A stretch of 64,000 nt of DNA. Origin: Mizuhopecten yessoensis (lineage: Eukaryota). The notes below the pieces were generated by a model. It saw nothing but the letters and a program-made list of their open reading frames with translations. It searched no databases and was not told where the DNA came from. Shown here one piece after another: positions 12,905 through 25,454 of this stretch (the stretch's first letter is position 1; each line of letters begins with the position of its first letter). Made by a program: the position numbers and the translations under genes. The stretch spans positions 1-64,000 of the forward strand of contig NW_018480008.1 in the NCBI RefSeq assembly GCF_002113885.1. The letters run 5' to 3'.

Positions 12905-15900
12905 CTAAAACGAACAAGGTAATTGTTGATGTAGGACATCTGGCGGATGTACGAGGCTAATATAAACTAGATATACCAAACAACCTACTGGTTAGTACTA
13001 TACATTGTCGAAGCAATAATGATGACCACCGCATATATTCTATAACATTACTGGCAGTTTTTACGATACCTTGTTTATCTAAACAACTGACAGTACGTAT
13101 GATAGTGTCGCTTTATTGAGATATACGTTGAGGTTTCATTCAATACCAACGTTTTTTAGAGACTTTAGTTATCAATAGAGATACCTATTTGGATTTCCTT
13201 CGATAGTCACTGTTATTTTGAGACCTTGGTTATCTAAAGACACATTGGGGTTTCATTCAATTCCGACGGTCATTTGGAGATTTTGGTTATCTATGAAGAT
13301 ACCCATTGGGATTTCCTTCAATACTCGCTGTTATTTTGAGACCTTGATTATCGAGAGAAACATTCATTGGTATTCCCTGTATCTTACATTGAGCTACTTT
13401 CTAATTATCGAGACAGCCACCGATACTTTCAATTAGTATCATATCTTGAACAGCCAATTTCTAACCTATGCAAATGTAGCATTATATACGCTCGCATACC
13501 TTAGATTGGAATTTGCTGGGTTCTGGGTGTTGCGCATGCGCAACACGCGTTCCTCTTATGTTCTTATTTACAAAATCTGCCTTTTGTGGGACCGGATTGG
13601 ATTCCTCGTACTTTCTGCCGTTTTGAATGTCGTCTGCCTGTTCACGATACGTTTTTCCGTCAGGCAGGACTCGGTAGGTAACAGCTCTCTGAAAACAAAT
13701 GAAAGAGTTTATTGAAACGTTAATGATATATGAGGTAACATGTCGATATTTAAGACGACGTCACCGTAACCATGAATGGTGTTCTTACAATGTTTAAAAG
13801 TTTCAGGTTACGCTAAACTATCTGTCATCATTTTTGTTTAAAACGAAAAATGACTTTAAACAAAATTGCTTTTTCATACTTGTTTTGGCTTATGTAGCCT
13901 TTCTTCTTAATATAACATTTAAATTGAGCATCAGGTACACGCTTACTTAACCATTATACAGTTTTCATTAAACAAAAATACAGTTTGTTCAATTACGATT
14001 TACAATGATTCGTAAAAAAAAAGTGGTACCAATATATTAAGTCGCAAGATTAAAATGTAAACTTTAATTTATATAACAACGATTATGAAACAGATTATTT
14101 CAACTGGTATCAATCACTCACGTTTCCCCGGATGTTAGCGCGCGTGGGGTCTTAATGTGAGAGGAAACCGAAGTACCCGAAGAAAGTCCAGGTGGTTGGG
14201 CATGTGAATCTTACTCGGACCGCCTTGGTAAAAGGCTGGTGCGTTATCCATTGTCTTAACTCTATGCATATTCCAGTCGGACACAATTACGAATTATCAG
14301 TAACTTTTGTATAAGACAATATAAAATTTAGAAATACGTTAAGAAAATGTCACTTCACTGTCATATAACCTCTCAAACTCATCAATTTCTCTTTACATCA
14401 TTCGCATAATCACAAAAAATATTTTCAATAAAAAGTCTAAAGATTTTTTTTTCAATTAAGTGTGGACGTGTCTCAACAAGGATATCCGATACATAACATT
14501 CCACAAATAAAACTTAATACGGTGGTGTCTATTTCTGATGACATAAGACACAAATATTCCTGAATAGAGAACAATGCCTAGCTTTTGTACCCGTCCTCTG
14601 CAGCTGAAGGGTATATATTCGAAATCAAGTTACCCAGGTATCACACGACAACCTAAGTCGATGAAGGCCATACCCACTACGCCAACCAAAACCAGAACAC
14701 GTCCTACTATGCTTTTTATCTACACTGTTTAAATTAGCAAACACAACCTTATAACGGGGTCCATTCTCAATGACCGATACATTAACTCTTTCGTCATGTA
14801 TGCAGCACGTGTTACTATGGAGTGATGCGTGTAAAATGAGACTCGTACGACCTGATTGTGTCATTCTGGATCTACGCATACATTGCTTAGTAAAATATCT
14901 GTAGTTCGTTATATCTTTAGCAATACAGTGTGTAGTTACGGAGAAGAAGGTTAAGAAATGGAAATGAAACCTTCGAAAACAGCACCCAGAACTAATTGTT
15001 ACCTAACACGAATGGCAATAATCACAAAAGGACATCACTTACTACTGTAAATCAACATAAAAAATAAGAGAGTAGATCATTAACAACGCTGTAGAAAAAG
15101 TGACCCTGTTGTTTTGAAATCAAATGTACAGTGACTTCATCTATTACTCACATATTTACCGGTACCTTAATATGACACAGATACATTGTCTTTCTATGGG
15201 ATATCGACTATAACTTCCTACATGTCTCCCGTTAAATAAAATACCTTTAACTTAGGAAGACATCTACTTATGTTGCATTTACTTGGTTTATGGGAAATTT
15301 GCTGTAGTTTCCCCATGACTTACGGCTAGTATGATCCTTTCTATGGAAAATTCGCTGTACCTTCCCCATGACTTACGGCTAGTATGGCGCACTGTCCTTT
15401 CTATGGAAAATTCGCTGTACCTTCCCCATGACTTACGGCTAGTATGAAACATTGTCCTTTCTATGGGGAATTTGCTGTAGCTTCCCCATGACTTACGGCT
15501 AGTATGGCACATTGTCCTTTCTATGGGGAATTCGCTGTAGCTTCCCTCATAACTTACGGCTAGTATGGCACATTGTCCTTTCTATGGGGAATTCGCTGTA
15601 CCTTCCCCATGACTAACGGCTAGTATGAAACATTGTCATTTCTATGAGGAATTCGCTGTAGCTTCCCCCATAACTTACGGCTAGTATGAAACATTGTCCT
15701 TTCTATAAGAAATTCTCTGTACCGTCTTTCATAACATATGGGTAGTATGACATTTTGTGTATCTATGAGACATATGCTATAACTCCCTCCATGACTTCAT
15801 GTCAGTATGACACACTGTCTCTAGGCTATGGGGACACACACTTCAGTTTCCTACTTGACTTACCGTAGCATGATTTATTGTGTATCATCTATGAGAAACT

Positions 15901-18900
15901 ATCTGGCCCTTACCGAATGATTTACGGCTAGTAAGAGATGTTTTCTTATTGATGGTGATTATTCTTTCTTATCAATGGGACAAGAACTAAAACTACTTTC
16001 CTGACTTATCACTACCCTGACTTATTCTCTGTGATCTATGCAACATTCACTTTAAATTCCTTTAGTAATTCCAGGTAGTCTTTTATATGGTGACATACCT
16101 GTGGCAGTATTTCGTTTGGTTCTGGTTGTTGCACGTGCGTTACACGCGTTCCTCTTATGTTCCGATCGTGTGGGAAAACGTGCGGTTTTGTTGGGTCTAC
16201 AACATCTCGGTTTCGTTGGTGACTGGCTTGCTCATACTTCCTGTTATACTGTTCGTCGTCTGACTGATCACGATATGTTTTACCGTCAGATTGGACTCGG
16301 TAGGTAGCAGGTCTCTGAAAACACATAGATCTAATAACGTATTTATAGAAACCAACGAACAAGATGCTTTAGGGTATACCCTAAACTGTTTACGGCAGTC
16401 AGTCGGGTTAATAACGCTCTACAAATATATCTTGATATGTTAGAATCCTGATCTGATGACAATGTAGACCTACATTGCGTGTCTATTTATTTTACCTGTC
16501 CCTTTCAAAAGAACAGTGGCTATTCGGATAGTCACGTGACCCAGGTATTAAGTAACACTACACGTCAGTGGATGACATTCACACCACATTAAGCGCAGAC
16601 TGGGTATTCCCATCCTACGTGGTGCAGATACCTTGACGATACCTGTCTACATTACACAGATTATCATGGGTTCTCATCACTACATGAATACTCATGGATT
16701 CTTATGAATTCATAAAGTCAATTAACACAATATTACCTTTCACAGTAAACAGTAATCATAGCACACGGTTAGGTTATCCAGGTTGCGTATTTAATAATGA
16801 GTGACATCACATTGTAAAGGATGTCCACTCTCATTGACCAATATTTATACATACGGGAGCTCTTCAACACTAAGCAATATATAAACTTTGTCATTGGATG
16901 TACTGTGTTGTTACACATTATATATACATGTAAAACTGGAACAAGTAAGACCTGATAGGTTCAATTTGGATCTAAACCACACAGATGGAAATGTCGTCAT
17001 TAGTCAGATATTAACAGATATTTGTTATGTCTACAACGGTAGAGTGTGTAGGTAGAGAGTAGAAAGATAATATTTAGAAAACGAGCATGCGAAAAAGCAC
17101 CCAAGCCTAATGACTATTCCAACCACATGGTGAGAATACAAAAGAACACAACTGAATGAAAAGAACGAATCTCAAAAAAGATCTTAAATGACGATATTTT
17201 CCTTCTGTAAATATATAGTAAAGTAATAATACTTGTCCTTAGGATATGGTGTAATAAGATCAATTGTCCTTCTGTATATAGTAAAGTAAGATACATTATC
17301 CTGCGTATATTGTATAATAAGATCAATTGTCTTAGTATATTTTGTTGTAATATCAATTTTCCTTCTATATATAGTAAAGTAAGATCAATTGTTCTTGGGA
17401 TATGGTGTAGTAAGATCAATTGTCATTAGTATATTGTGTAGTAAGATCAAGTGTTCTTAGTTTATTGTGTTGTAAGATCAATTTTCCTTCTTTATATAGC
17501 AAAGTAAGATCAATTGTCCTTGGGATATGGTGTAGTAAGATCAATTGTCCTTGGGATATGTTGTAGTAAGATCAATTGTCCTGAGTATATTGTGTAGTAA
17601 GATCAATTGTCCTTAGTATATTGTGTAGTAAGACCAATTGTCCTTCTGTATATAGTAAAGTAAGAAAGATTATCCTGAGTATAGTATGTAATAACATCGT
17701 TTGTCGTAGTATATGGTGTAGTAAGATCAATTTTCTTCTGTATATAGTAAAGTAAGATCAATTGTTCTTATTATATTGTGTAGCAAGATCAAGTTCTCTT
17801 CTGTATATAGTAAAGTAAGATCAATTGTCCTTGGGATATGGTGGAGTAAGATCAATTGCCCTTAGTATATGGTGTAGTAAGATCAATTGTCCTTCTGCAT
17901 ATAGCAAAGTAAGATTAAATTATCCTGAGTATATTGTGTAATAATATCAATTGTCTTCGTATATTGTGTTGTAAGATCAATTTTCCTTCTATATATAATA
18001 AAGTAAGATCAATTGTACTTGGGATATGGTGTAATAAGATCAATTGTCCTCAGAATATTGTGTAGTAAGATCAAGTGTCCTTAGTATATGTTGTAGTTAG
18101 ACCAATTGTCCTTCTGTATAAAGTAAAGTAAGATCAATTGTCCTTGGAATATGGTGTAGTAAGATCAAATGTCCTTAGTATATTGTGTAGGAAGATCAAT
18201 TGTCCTTAGTATATGGTGTAGTAAGACCAATTGTCCTTCTGTATATAGTAAGGTAAGATAGATTATCCTGAGTACAGTATGTAATAACATCAATTGTCTA
18301 AGTATATTGTGTAGTAAGATCAATTTTTCTTCTGTATATAGTAAAGTAAGATCAATTGTCCTTGGGATATTGTGTAGTAATATCAATTGTCCTTAGTATA
18401 TGGTGTAGTAAGATCAATTGTCCTTCTGTATATAATAAAGTAAGATTAAATTATCCTGAGTATATTGTGTAATAATATCAATTGTTTTCGCATATTGTGT
18501 GGTAAGATCAATTTTCCTTCTATATATAGTAAAGTAAGATCAATTGTCCTTGGGATATGGTGTAGTAAGATCAATTGTCTTAGTATATTGTGTAGTAAGA
18601 TCAATTGTCCTTAGTATATAGTGTAGTAAGATCAATTGTCCTTAGTATATTGTGTAGTAAGATCAATTGTCCTTAGTATATGGTGTAGTAAGACCAATTG
18701 TCCTTCTGTATATAGTAAGGTAAGATAGATTATCCTGAGTATAGTATTAAATAACATCAATTGTCTTAGTATATTGTGTAGTAAGATCAATTTTTCTTCT
18801 GTATATAGTAAAGTAAGATCAATTGTCCTTGGGATATTGTGTAGTAAGATCAATTGTCCTTAGTATATGGTGTAGTAAGATCAATTGTCCTTCTGTATAA

Positions 18901-21900
18901 CGTAAAGTAAGATTAAATTATCCTGAGTATATTGTGTAAAAATAGTATAATGGTGTAGTAAAATCAATTGTCTTAGTATATTGTGTAGTAAGATCAATTG
19001 TCCTTAGTATATTGTGTAGTAAGATCAATTGTCCTTAGTATATGGTGTAGTAAGATCAATTGTCATTAATATAATGGTGTAGTAAAATAATTGTCTTAGT
19101 ATATTGTGTAGTAAGATCAATTGTCTTTAGTATATTGTGTAGTAAGATCGATTGTCATTAGTATATTTTGAAGTAAGAACCATTGTCCTTCTGCATATAG
19201 TAAAGTAGGATCAAGTGTCCTCCAGTAGATGATGTTGTATGATAAATTGTCGTATCTATGTAAACAATCTACAAGAACAATCAAATCAATGCATATGTAG
19301 CCCTTTGTTAGGTAACATACCTGTGACTGTATTTTGATTGGCTCAGTGTATTTCACGTTCATGGTACGCGTTCCCCTTATGTTTCTATCTTGCGTTGTCG
19401 ATGGGTTCACAACATCTCGGTTATGTGGAAGATTGACTTGTTCATATTTTCTGTCATTCTGGTCGTTGTTTATCTCTTCACGATAGGTATTACCGTCAGG
19501 GTTGACTCGGTATGTCACATGTCGCTGGCAAAACATGATAACATAGTATGATATATTTACTGAAATCAGTGAAACAAGCTTTAACTTTTGTATGGACTAA
19601 AATGTTCTCACCACAAAAAACAGTTGGATGTATAACGGTCTACAAATGAATCTTATTTGATCTGATAATTAACTGATAATTTCATGGAGAGAGCACACTA
19701 TATATTTCTTGTATCCCTCTTCCTAAACAGAACAATGTCTACTCGGAATCACGTGACCCTAACAAGGACAAACCGTTGATGTTTTTCTAAACTTCAACAC
19801 GCGAAGTCGGGAACACGACAGAACCTTTAGTCGTTAATGATAACGGATATTTAACATTCCAGGATAATTACATGCATTTAATGTTGAGTGACGTCACAAT
19901 CAACATTTAAAATCTGTCATTGTATACAAGACGTACCGATAAGCAGGTATTTATGTAATAATACAATAACATAACCAGCTTGTCATCGTAAATGGGAGTC
20001 ATTCCTCAAAACAGTTGTGGACTAATGTTCCATATTGAGAGGGAAAAGTGTCACATTAACTACTAGTTGGTGGAGGAAAACAGCTATAATCATATAAAAA
20101 CCTTTATCACACTCAAACTAAAGCCATATGTTTAACATAATGTCTTTATATTCATGAATCCCATCGACCCCAACATTTTCGTTTTACCGGACATTTCATC
20201 ACCTCCAACTCTGGAAAATATACGGTTTACCCAGTGCTACATACAATTAAAGAAACCATTCAGGTATGTGTTTTAAATAAAGTCGCACCGAAAGTCCCTC
20301 AACAGAGACGAGAGGCAAGGCTTCTCTTCTGTATACCAATGACTAATGTTGTCATATCGCATCTTATTGATTCCAATAGACTCACGACCAAATAATTCAG
20401 TCGAAATATACACAGATACATATACCTCACTTTACTATTGTCAAATTTTAAAGAATATTTTTCCCACCTCTGTGTCTGTTCTTTAAATCGGTTTTATCTC
20501 TTTCACACTAATTTGCGTTGCTATATATACACTTTTGGTCTGTTTAAATAGGTAAATAAACGTTTTCTATTTTTTTAAATCATCTCTAAAAAGATATGGA
20601 TCATTTCTACTATACAACGAAAACAAAATTAAGTCAAATCTCTCTGAAAGTACCTGTTCCGGGTAAGTGGGAGGCCTTTGGTGGTCATCCATTCCTTTCT
20701 GATAAGGACGAAACCCTGACTGAAAGAAAGAAAATAGAAAATAAAAGTATTACATAGGGTTTTTGACGGGGGCATCACCAGTTATTCATATATAACACCA
20801 AACACGTGTCAGAAGATCGCATGTAGGGCGTTATAACTTTTGACACATTCATTAACGCTTAATGTACATAAATCCAACTCTGACATCCTTTAAAGGGGTA
20901 TATCTACATGAAACTGTAAAAGAAGCATTACATAGCAATTGACATAAGACTGTAGAAAGGAGAACTATTAATACCTTTGTGATAACATGATAATCCTTCG
21001 CTTTATTGGGAAATAAATAAATAAATATAAGATTCGTTTAACTATGGATTAACGTTACATTTCAACACTTATGGGACGCGAACTCTCGATTGCAGACACT
21101 ATCCAGTTTCAATAACAATATAAACTCCATTGTACGAGGTAATAAGTATGTTATCTGATCACACACACCAGAAGACAGTCGTTGGCGACATTTACGTCAA
21201 TAGCTACGTGTAATACGAGCGTATGATATCAGACACCCCATGGTTACTTTGGGTTGCCTAACAAGTCAACTAAGATATAATATCATTTAGGTTTAGAAAT
21301 AACATGAATTATGAATTTAGGACGACTCGTAACCTGTTTATCGTCAGTCAATCATTGTACAAGCTTGGTGTGTTGTCAATGTTCGGCTATTTAAGCACAA
21401 TTTATAAACGCACACTGTTTAGAATATATAGATGTTAAAAAATACATTCATTACAAATTAATTATATTTTGTCAAAACCTGTTTAACTAAAATATACCCT
21501 ATGGAATATGATTCGGCTCAGTGCATATGGTGAGTCATGCCGGATAAGTTAAAGCTATCAATAGTGTTTCTACAGTCTGTATTTTTACAACAGTCTATGT
21601 TATGCAGGGACACTGTACACTGTTTCGTCCGTGCATGCAGAAGTTTCCCACGATTCCTATCAAAATTTTCTCTATTTCGTATATACCCCACATCCTTGAA
21701 CTGTTCTACACCCTGAATATCTCCATGTATATAATTATCACAGTATAATCATCAGTTTGTCTGGGGTAAAACGTAATCCGAATACTCACAACACAACCTA
21801 CATTTCAAGTCATTATGGTTTATCCCGGTGTACTTTTCCAAACCAGATTCATTATAATCTTATAATTTTTATTTAAAGATTGTCAACCTAAACTGTTTCT

Positions 21901-22205
21901 GACTCATCGGTCAGTGTTATCATTATGATAAGGAAGCTTAAATATCATATCTTTTTCATCGATGCTGTTTACATTTCTGACCATAGACATGCATTTTGAT
22001 TTAAAGTACAAACTACGTAGCAATGTCAGGCCAACATTAGCCAATATTCCACGGATAACGAGTATTACGAGTGATTGACAACTGTTTACAAATTTGTATT
22101 CTCCATAAATGATTGAATAATTCCCATACATTTATCTTGAATTTGATATATTTTTCGTTAAAATATCTGTAGACGTACCTTGCCAAATGCATTCCTTCCT
22201 GCCAT
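11930..22205 (-). CDS. Multi-exon orphan gene encoding a hydrophilic repeat-containing protein (5' end uncertain)
   Basis: Exons on the minus strand: candidate 22205-22179 (MAGRNAFGK|gtacgt), 19524-19321 (68 aa), 16314-16099 (72 aa), 13688-13500 (63 aa), terminal 12904-11930 (EDPMDAPIV...HVNK-TGA). All junctions are canonical AG/GT and phase 0. Minus-strand AATAAA at 11776-11771. Confidence 0.65.
13113..13435. repeat. Degenerate ~58-60-bp intronic minisatellite
   Basis: gagacctt(g/a)gttatc..gatac...ggatttccttc(a/g)ata...ctgttattttt recurs about 5 times. Confidence 0.65.
13500..13688 (-). CDS. Repeat exon, copy 3, of the orphan gene
   Basis: ttgttttcag|RAVTYRVLPDGKTYREQADDIQNGRKYEES...NIRGTRVAHAQHPEPSKFQSK|gtatgc; 189 nt, phase 0-0. 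Confidence 0.8.
14105..14260 (-). mobile_element. SINE-like fragment
   Basis: gaggaaaccgaagtacccgaagaaa resembles the widespread invertebrate SINE core gaggaaaccggagtacccggagaaaacc (read antisense). It is followed by a decayed tRNA-head-like segment. Confidence 0.45.
15185..15930. repeat. 60-bp intronic tandem repeat (core 15288-15760, degenerate flanks)
   Basis: attgtcctttctatggggaattcgctgtagcttccccatgacttacggctagtatggcac, ~8 good copies. Confidence 0.92.
16099..16314 (-). CDS. Repeat exon, copy 2, of the orphan gene
   Basis: gtgttttcag|RPATYRVQSDGKTYRDQ...RNIRGTRVTHVQQPEPNEILPQ|gtatgt; 216 nt, phase 0-0. Confidence 0.8.
17195..19230. repeat. ~31-32-bp intronic satellite with higher-order variant order
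   Basis: Core agtaagatcaattgtcctt followed by agtatattgtgt / ctgtatatagtaa / gggatatggtgt. The same variant order recurs at ~467-bp spacing (ORFs at 18165 and 18632 are near-identical). Confidence 0.95.
19321..19524 (-). CDS. Repeat exon, copy 1, of the orphan gene
   Basis: gttttgccag|RHVTYRVNPDGNTYREE...RNIRGTRTMNVKYTEPIKIQSQ|gtatgt; 204 nt, phase 0-0. Confidence 0.8.
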
Positions 22206-25103
22206 GCCGTTGTACACCCGATGCTGTCTAAAGCTTCCTGCTGTAGATTTGCTTCAAATAAAAACAGATTTAAATGTAGAGACTATCAGGTTTCACCACC
22301 TTACCTGTGTTTACCTGTATCGTCACGGTCTGTAAACCCACAACACAAACACAGGTGCCAGATCGTACTAGCTAAGTACAACCGGTTTGATTTTTTTCTA
22401 TTAAAAGGAAAGTGAAGTAAAACTTAAAATAAAATATTAAGCAGTTTCTTTAATAATCTAAAACATCAGTAGATCTAGATGCTAGTGCTAATATGCTCAG
22501 TAAAGTAATATTCAAATGTGAGTAAATTACTCAGATACGACCATTGTAGAACGACCACAGTATGATTCATAAAATGCAAAGCTTAGGAAATAAATATCGG
22601 GACCTCAACACTTAAATAACTATCACTTTTTCATTGCTGATTTTGTTTTGATTTTTTAATCTTGAATATTTTTACCTTACTATTGGATCGATTTTATCAA
22701 ATTTCACTAATTAAAACAGGCTATGTTTGTCTCTTGACATTACTTAATATGAATAAATATAAGGCTATAAAATTCCCAAAATGGAGCAGCGAACATATCA
22801 GTTATCACATGACTAGCCTGATTTTCTATATTTCATTCTGATACAGGTTATAGTTTTGGCGGTGCATATTTTCAGTTCTTAATTAATTTTCTGTTTGATG
22901 TTTTATTACTTTTTCAATTTTTACTTACGTAATTCTCGTTAAAGTTATGTTTTGTGTTAAACTTAGGTTTTATTTGACATAGAGATTAATACAGTCTGTT
23001 GATAAGTTTGTATACTACACTAAATGCTTTGGAACATTATCAATTAAATGTCAATAGTACAAAAAGGAACTATATGTTGTGTTCTCTGAAAGACAATAAT
23101 GAGTAGATAAAAGGATTCATTTGCCGATTTTGGAGGACTGTTTAATTATCATGGTAATCTTAAAAATGCTCCTCAGTAACTAACTAAACACGCCATAAAT
23201 GTATTATCTATAAATTATCATCTAAGAAATGTAGATTTTCTTGCAATATATTTTTTAATGATTATCAAATACTTGCGTTGTAAGTTATCAGAATAAGTAT
23301 TTTTTGGCGTTCCGTTGGACAATACCATGATCAATATAAATTGTGATATTTTGTATGCGTTCTGTCTGTAATTTTTTCAAAACTAACAAATATACTGAAG
23401 ATGTACTTATCGCAATGATGTATGCATTATTGTATATTAATGTGACCTCTTTTATCCCACTTTAGTGTGACTGAGGGCTGAATTAAGTATTGACAAAAAA
23501 TCTTAAAATCTTAAAAGCATTATCGTTTACATAACAGAATATGTTTAAATATTTATTTTAGTTTCGATCAATATGGACATTGGAAAACACGTTTAATAAT
23601 TCAATTAAGGAGTATGTCAGGTTTTTGTAATTCTTTGGAATACTTCTATAGTCATTCTATGAATTTACACTGGTTTAACATATTGGGCGATATTTCATGT
23701 GATTGGTTTTAAAAAACTATATGTATGAGGTAACAGCAAGCGTCGAGCCTTGTCCGCCACACACCAGGAACACTATTCCAGGTCATGTCACTAATCGACT
23801 ATACGATATATATGGTAAAGTCACACTGCTGATTCGTCAAACTATCGTTAATGGAGTATGAAGTAAGTGAACTCCAGTTTTCCCGTCAATCGGTTTATGT
23901 TCATTCTACAGAACACTTATTAATCCTTGATCTAGTAGTCTGATTTTCTCATTTTAAATATGATTAATGTTATAAAAGGAAAAAGTTCTTAGTATAAATG
24001 CATTTGGATCATAGTAGCGAGACATATCTATCAGCTGATATAATGGACATTTGTTATGATAATAGAAAATTCATAGCAGTTCAGCAAAACAGCTTTAAGA
24101 TATTTTAGTTATCCTTAAACTAAATCACTATAAATCAATTTTATGAAGTTTTTTTTATAAACATTCCACAGTCTACCCGTCATTATATGGACGTACTTAC
24201 GTAATCTAAAATAATAACCCTTTTTTAAAATTGGTGATTACAATGTAGTTCAGATACAGACCGTATATCAAAATCAAACGAAAGGCAACGTAAAACAAAC
24301 GCAAACCTGGTGATAACACACTTTCAGTTTACATGGATACGACGTATTTTAAATACTTCTAATTCATATGAGGTCAAAATAAATGTCATCAATATATTTA
24401 GGTGATTTGCAACTCAGAGATTGACCGATATGACTATATATCGTGATGTCACCGCACTGAAATGGGATATCAAATTATAATAACTTTAGATACCATTTAA
24501 ATGGAGAAGAAAGTAAAACAGCGCCCCAAGTTTCGATTTTTTTTTAATTTCCTAATGCAATACAGCATATAGGTTAAATTATCCACGTAATGTTATTATA
24601 TTTTATGCCTCTCCACTCATAACAAGAATATCTCAAACAAAAAATGTGAGGGAAATGGCCACCCAAAGGGTGACATTATATTTATTTTACTGATTAAGCC
24701 ACCATGTGGCTTCTATCAAAAACTTATGATTACTTTAAAAAACACGTCAATACAAAGTGGTTGCAAATATCCCAAACTTATTATCTACTGGTATGTTCTT
24801 ACCTTGCTAACTAACTTACTCCTATTTGTATCATTTTTATATCTAGATTTGCATTTACCATTGACACACATTTATTTCGCGAATTTGTCGCTATAGTGCT
24901 TTGTGCACTTTATCTATCAATTTCGTTGTGTTCACTTATAATATATTAAATTCACTTGTAGTTATATACAAGTGAAATGTGTGTTGTAAGTGCATTTCTT
25001 CCTGCTGCCATTCTGTACCTATACATAGTACACAAAACAGCTACATATACATATCATCTAAATATCGACACATATTCTGATGTTTATATAAACATACCAC
25101 GAG

Positions 25104-25290
25104 CATGACTAATTCGGATCACTAAGGGACACCGCCTTCAAATCAGTCAGCCCTTTTAATCCATCAGTCCCTCACAGTATGATCCTCCCAATTACCGCGC
25201 TCGGCCCTCTGACACCCACCCGCGATATTTGATTTAATTATTAAAATCTAAACGTAGGTCATCGTTCTCAAAACTACACCAACGAGCGAT
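25104..25290 (+). promoter_or_regulatory. Conserved upstream block of tetraspanin A (putative promoter)
   Basis: Aligns with 36236-36425 although the surrounding DNA does not. Shared stretches: catgactaattcggatcactaaggga, tttaatccatcagtcc, atcctcccaatta, ccc(a/g)cccg, gatatttgattta, tattaaa. Confidence 0.7.
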
Positions 25291-25454
25291 ATCTATGTGC
25301 GATATCAACCCATATGAATTGTTATCGTGATTTTGTTTCACTCTTCAATATTCAGAGTTTTAAGGTTCACAATACAGAATCAGTGATGTGTTTTAGAAGA
25401 GGATAATTACATTGTTGTGTTTTTAGAACATATGGAATTTACATTTCGCGAACA

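Noticed and set aside
15288-18853. ORFs at 15288-15512, 17114-17419, 18165-18386 and 18632-18853
   Set aside because: They are translations of satellite DNA.
20654-20698. Possible 45-nt phase-0 micro-exon (KGMDDHQRPPTYPEQ) of the minus-strand gene
   Set aside because: It is flanked by AG/GT, but the acceptor is weak and the sequence looks like a fragment of an interspersed repeat. It cannot be supported without transcripts.
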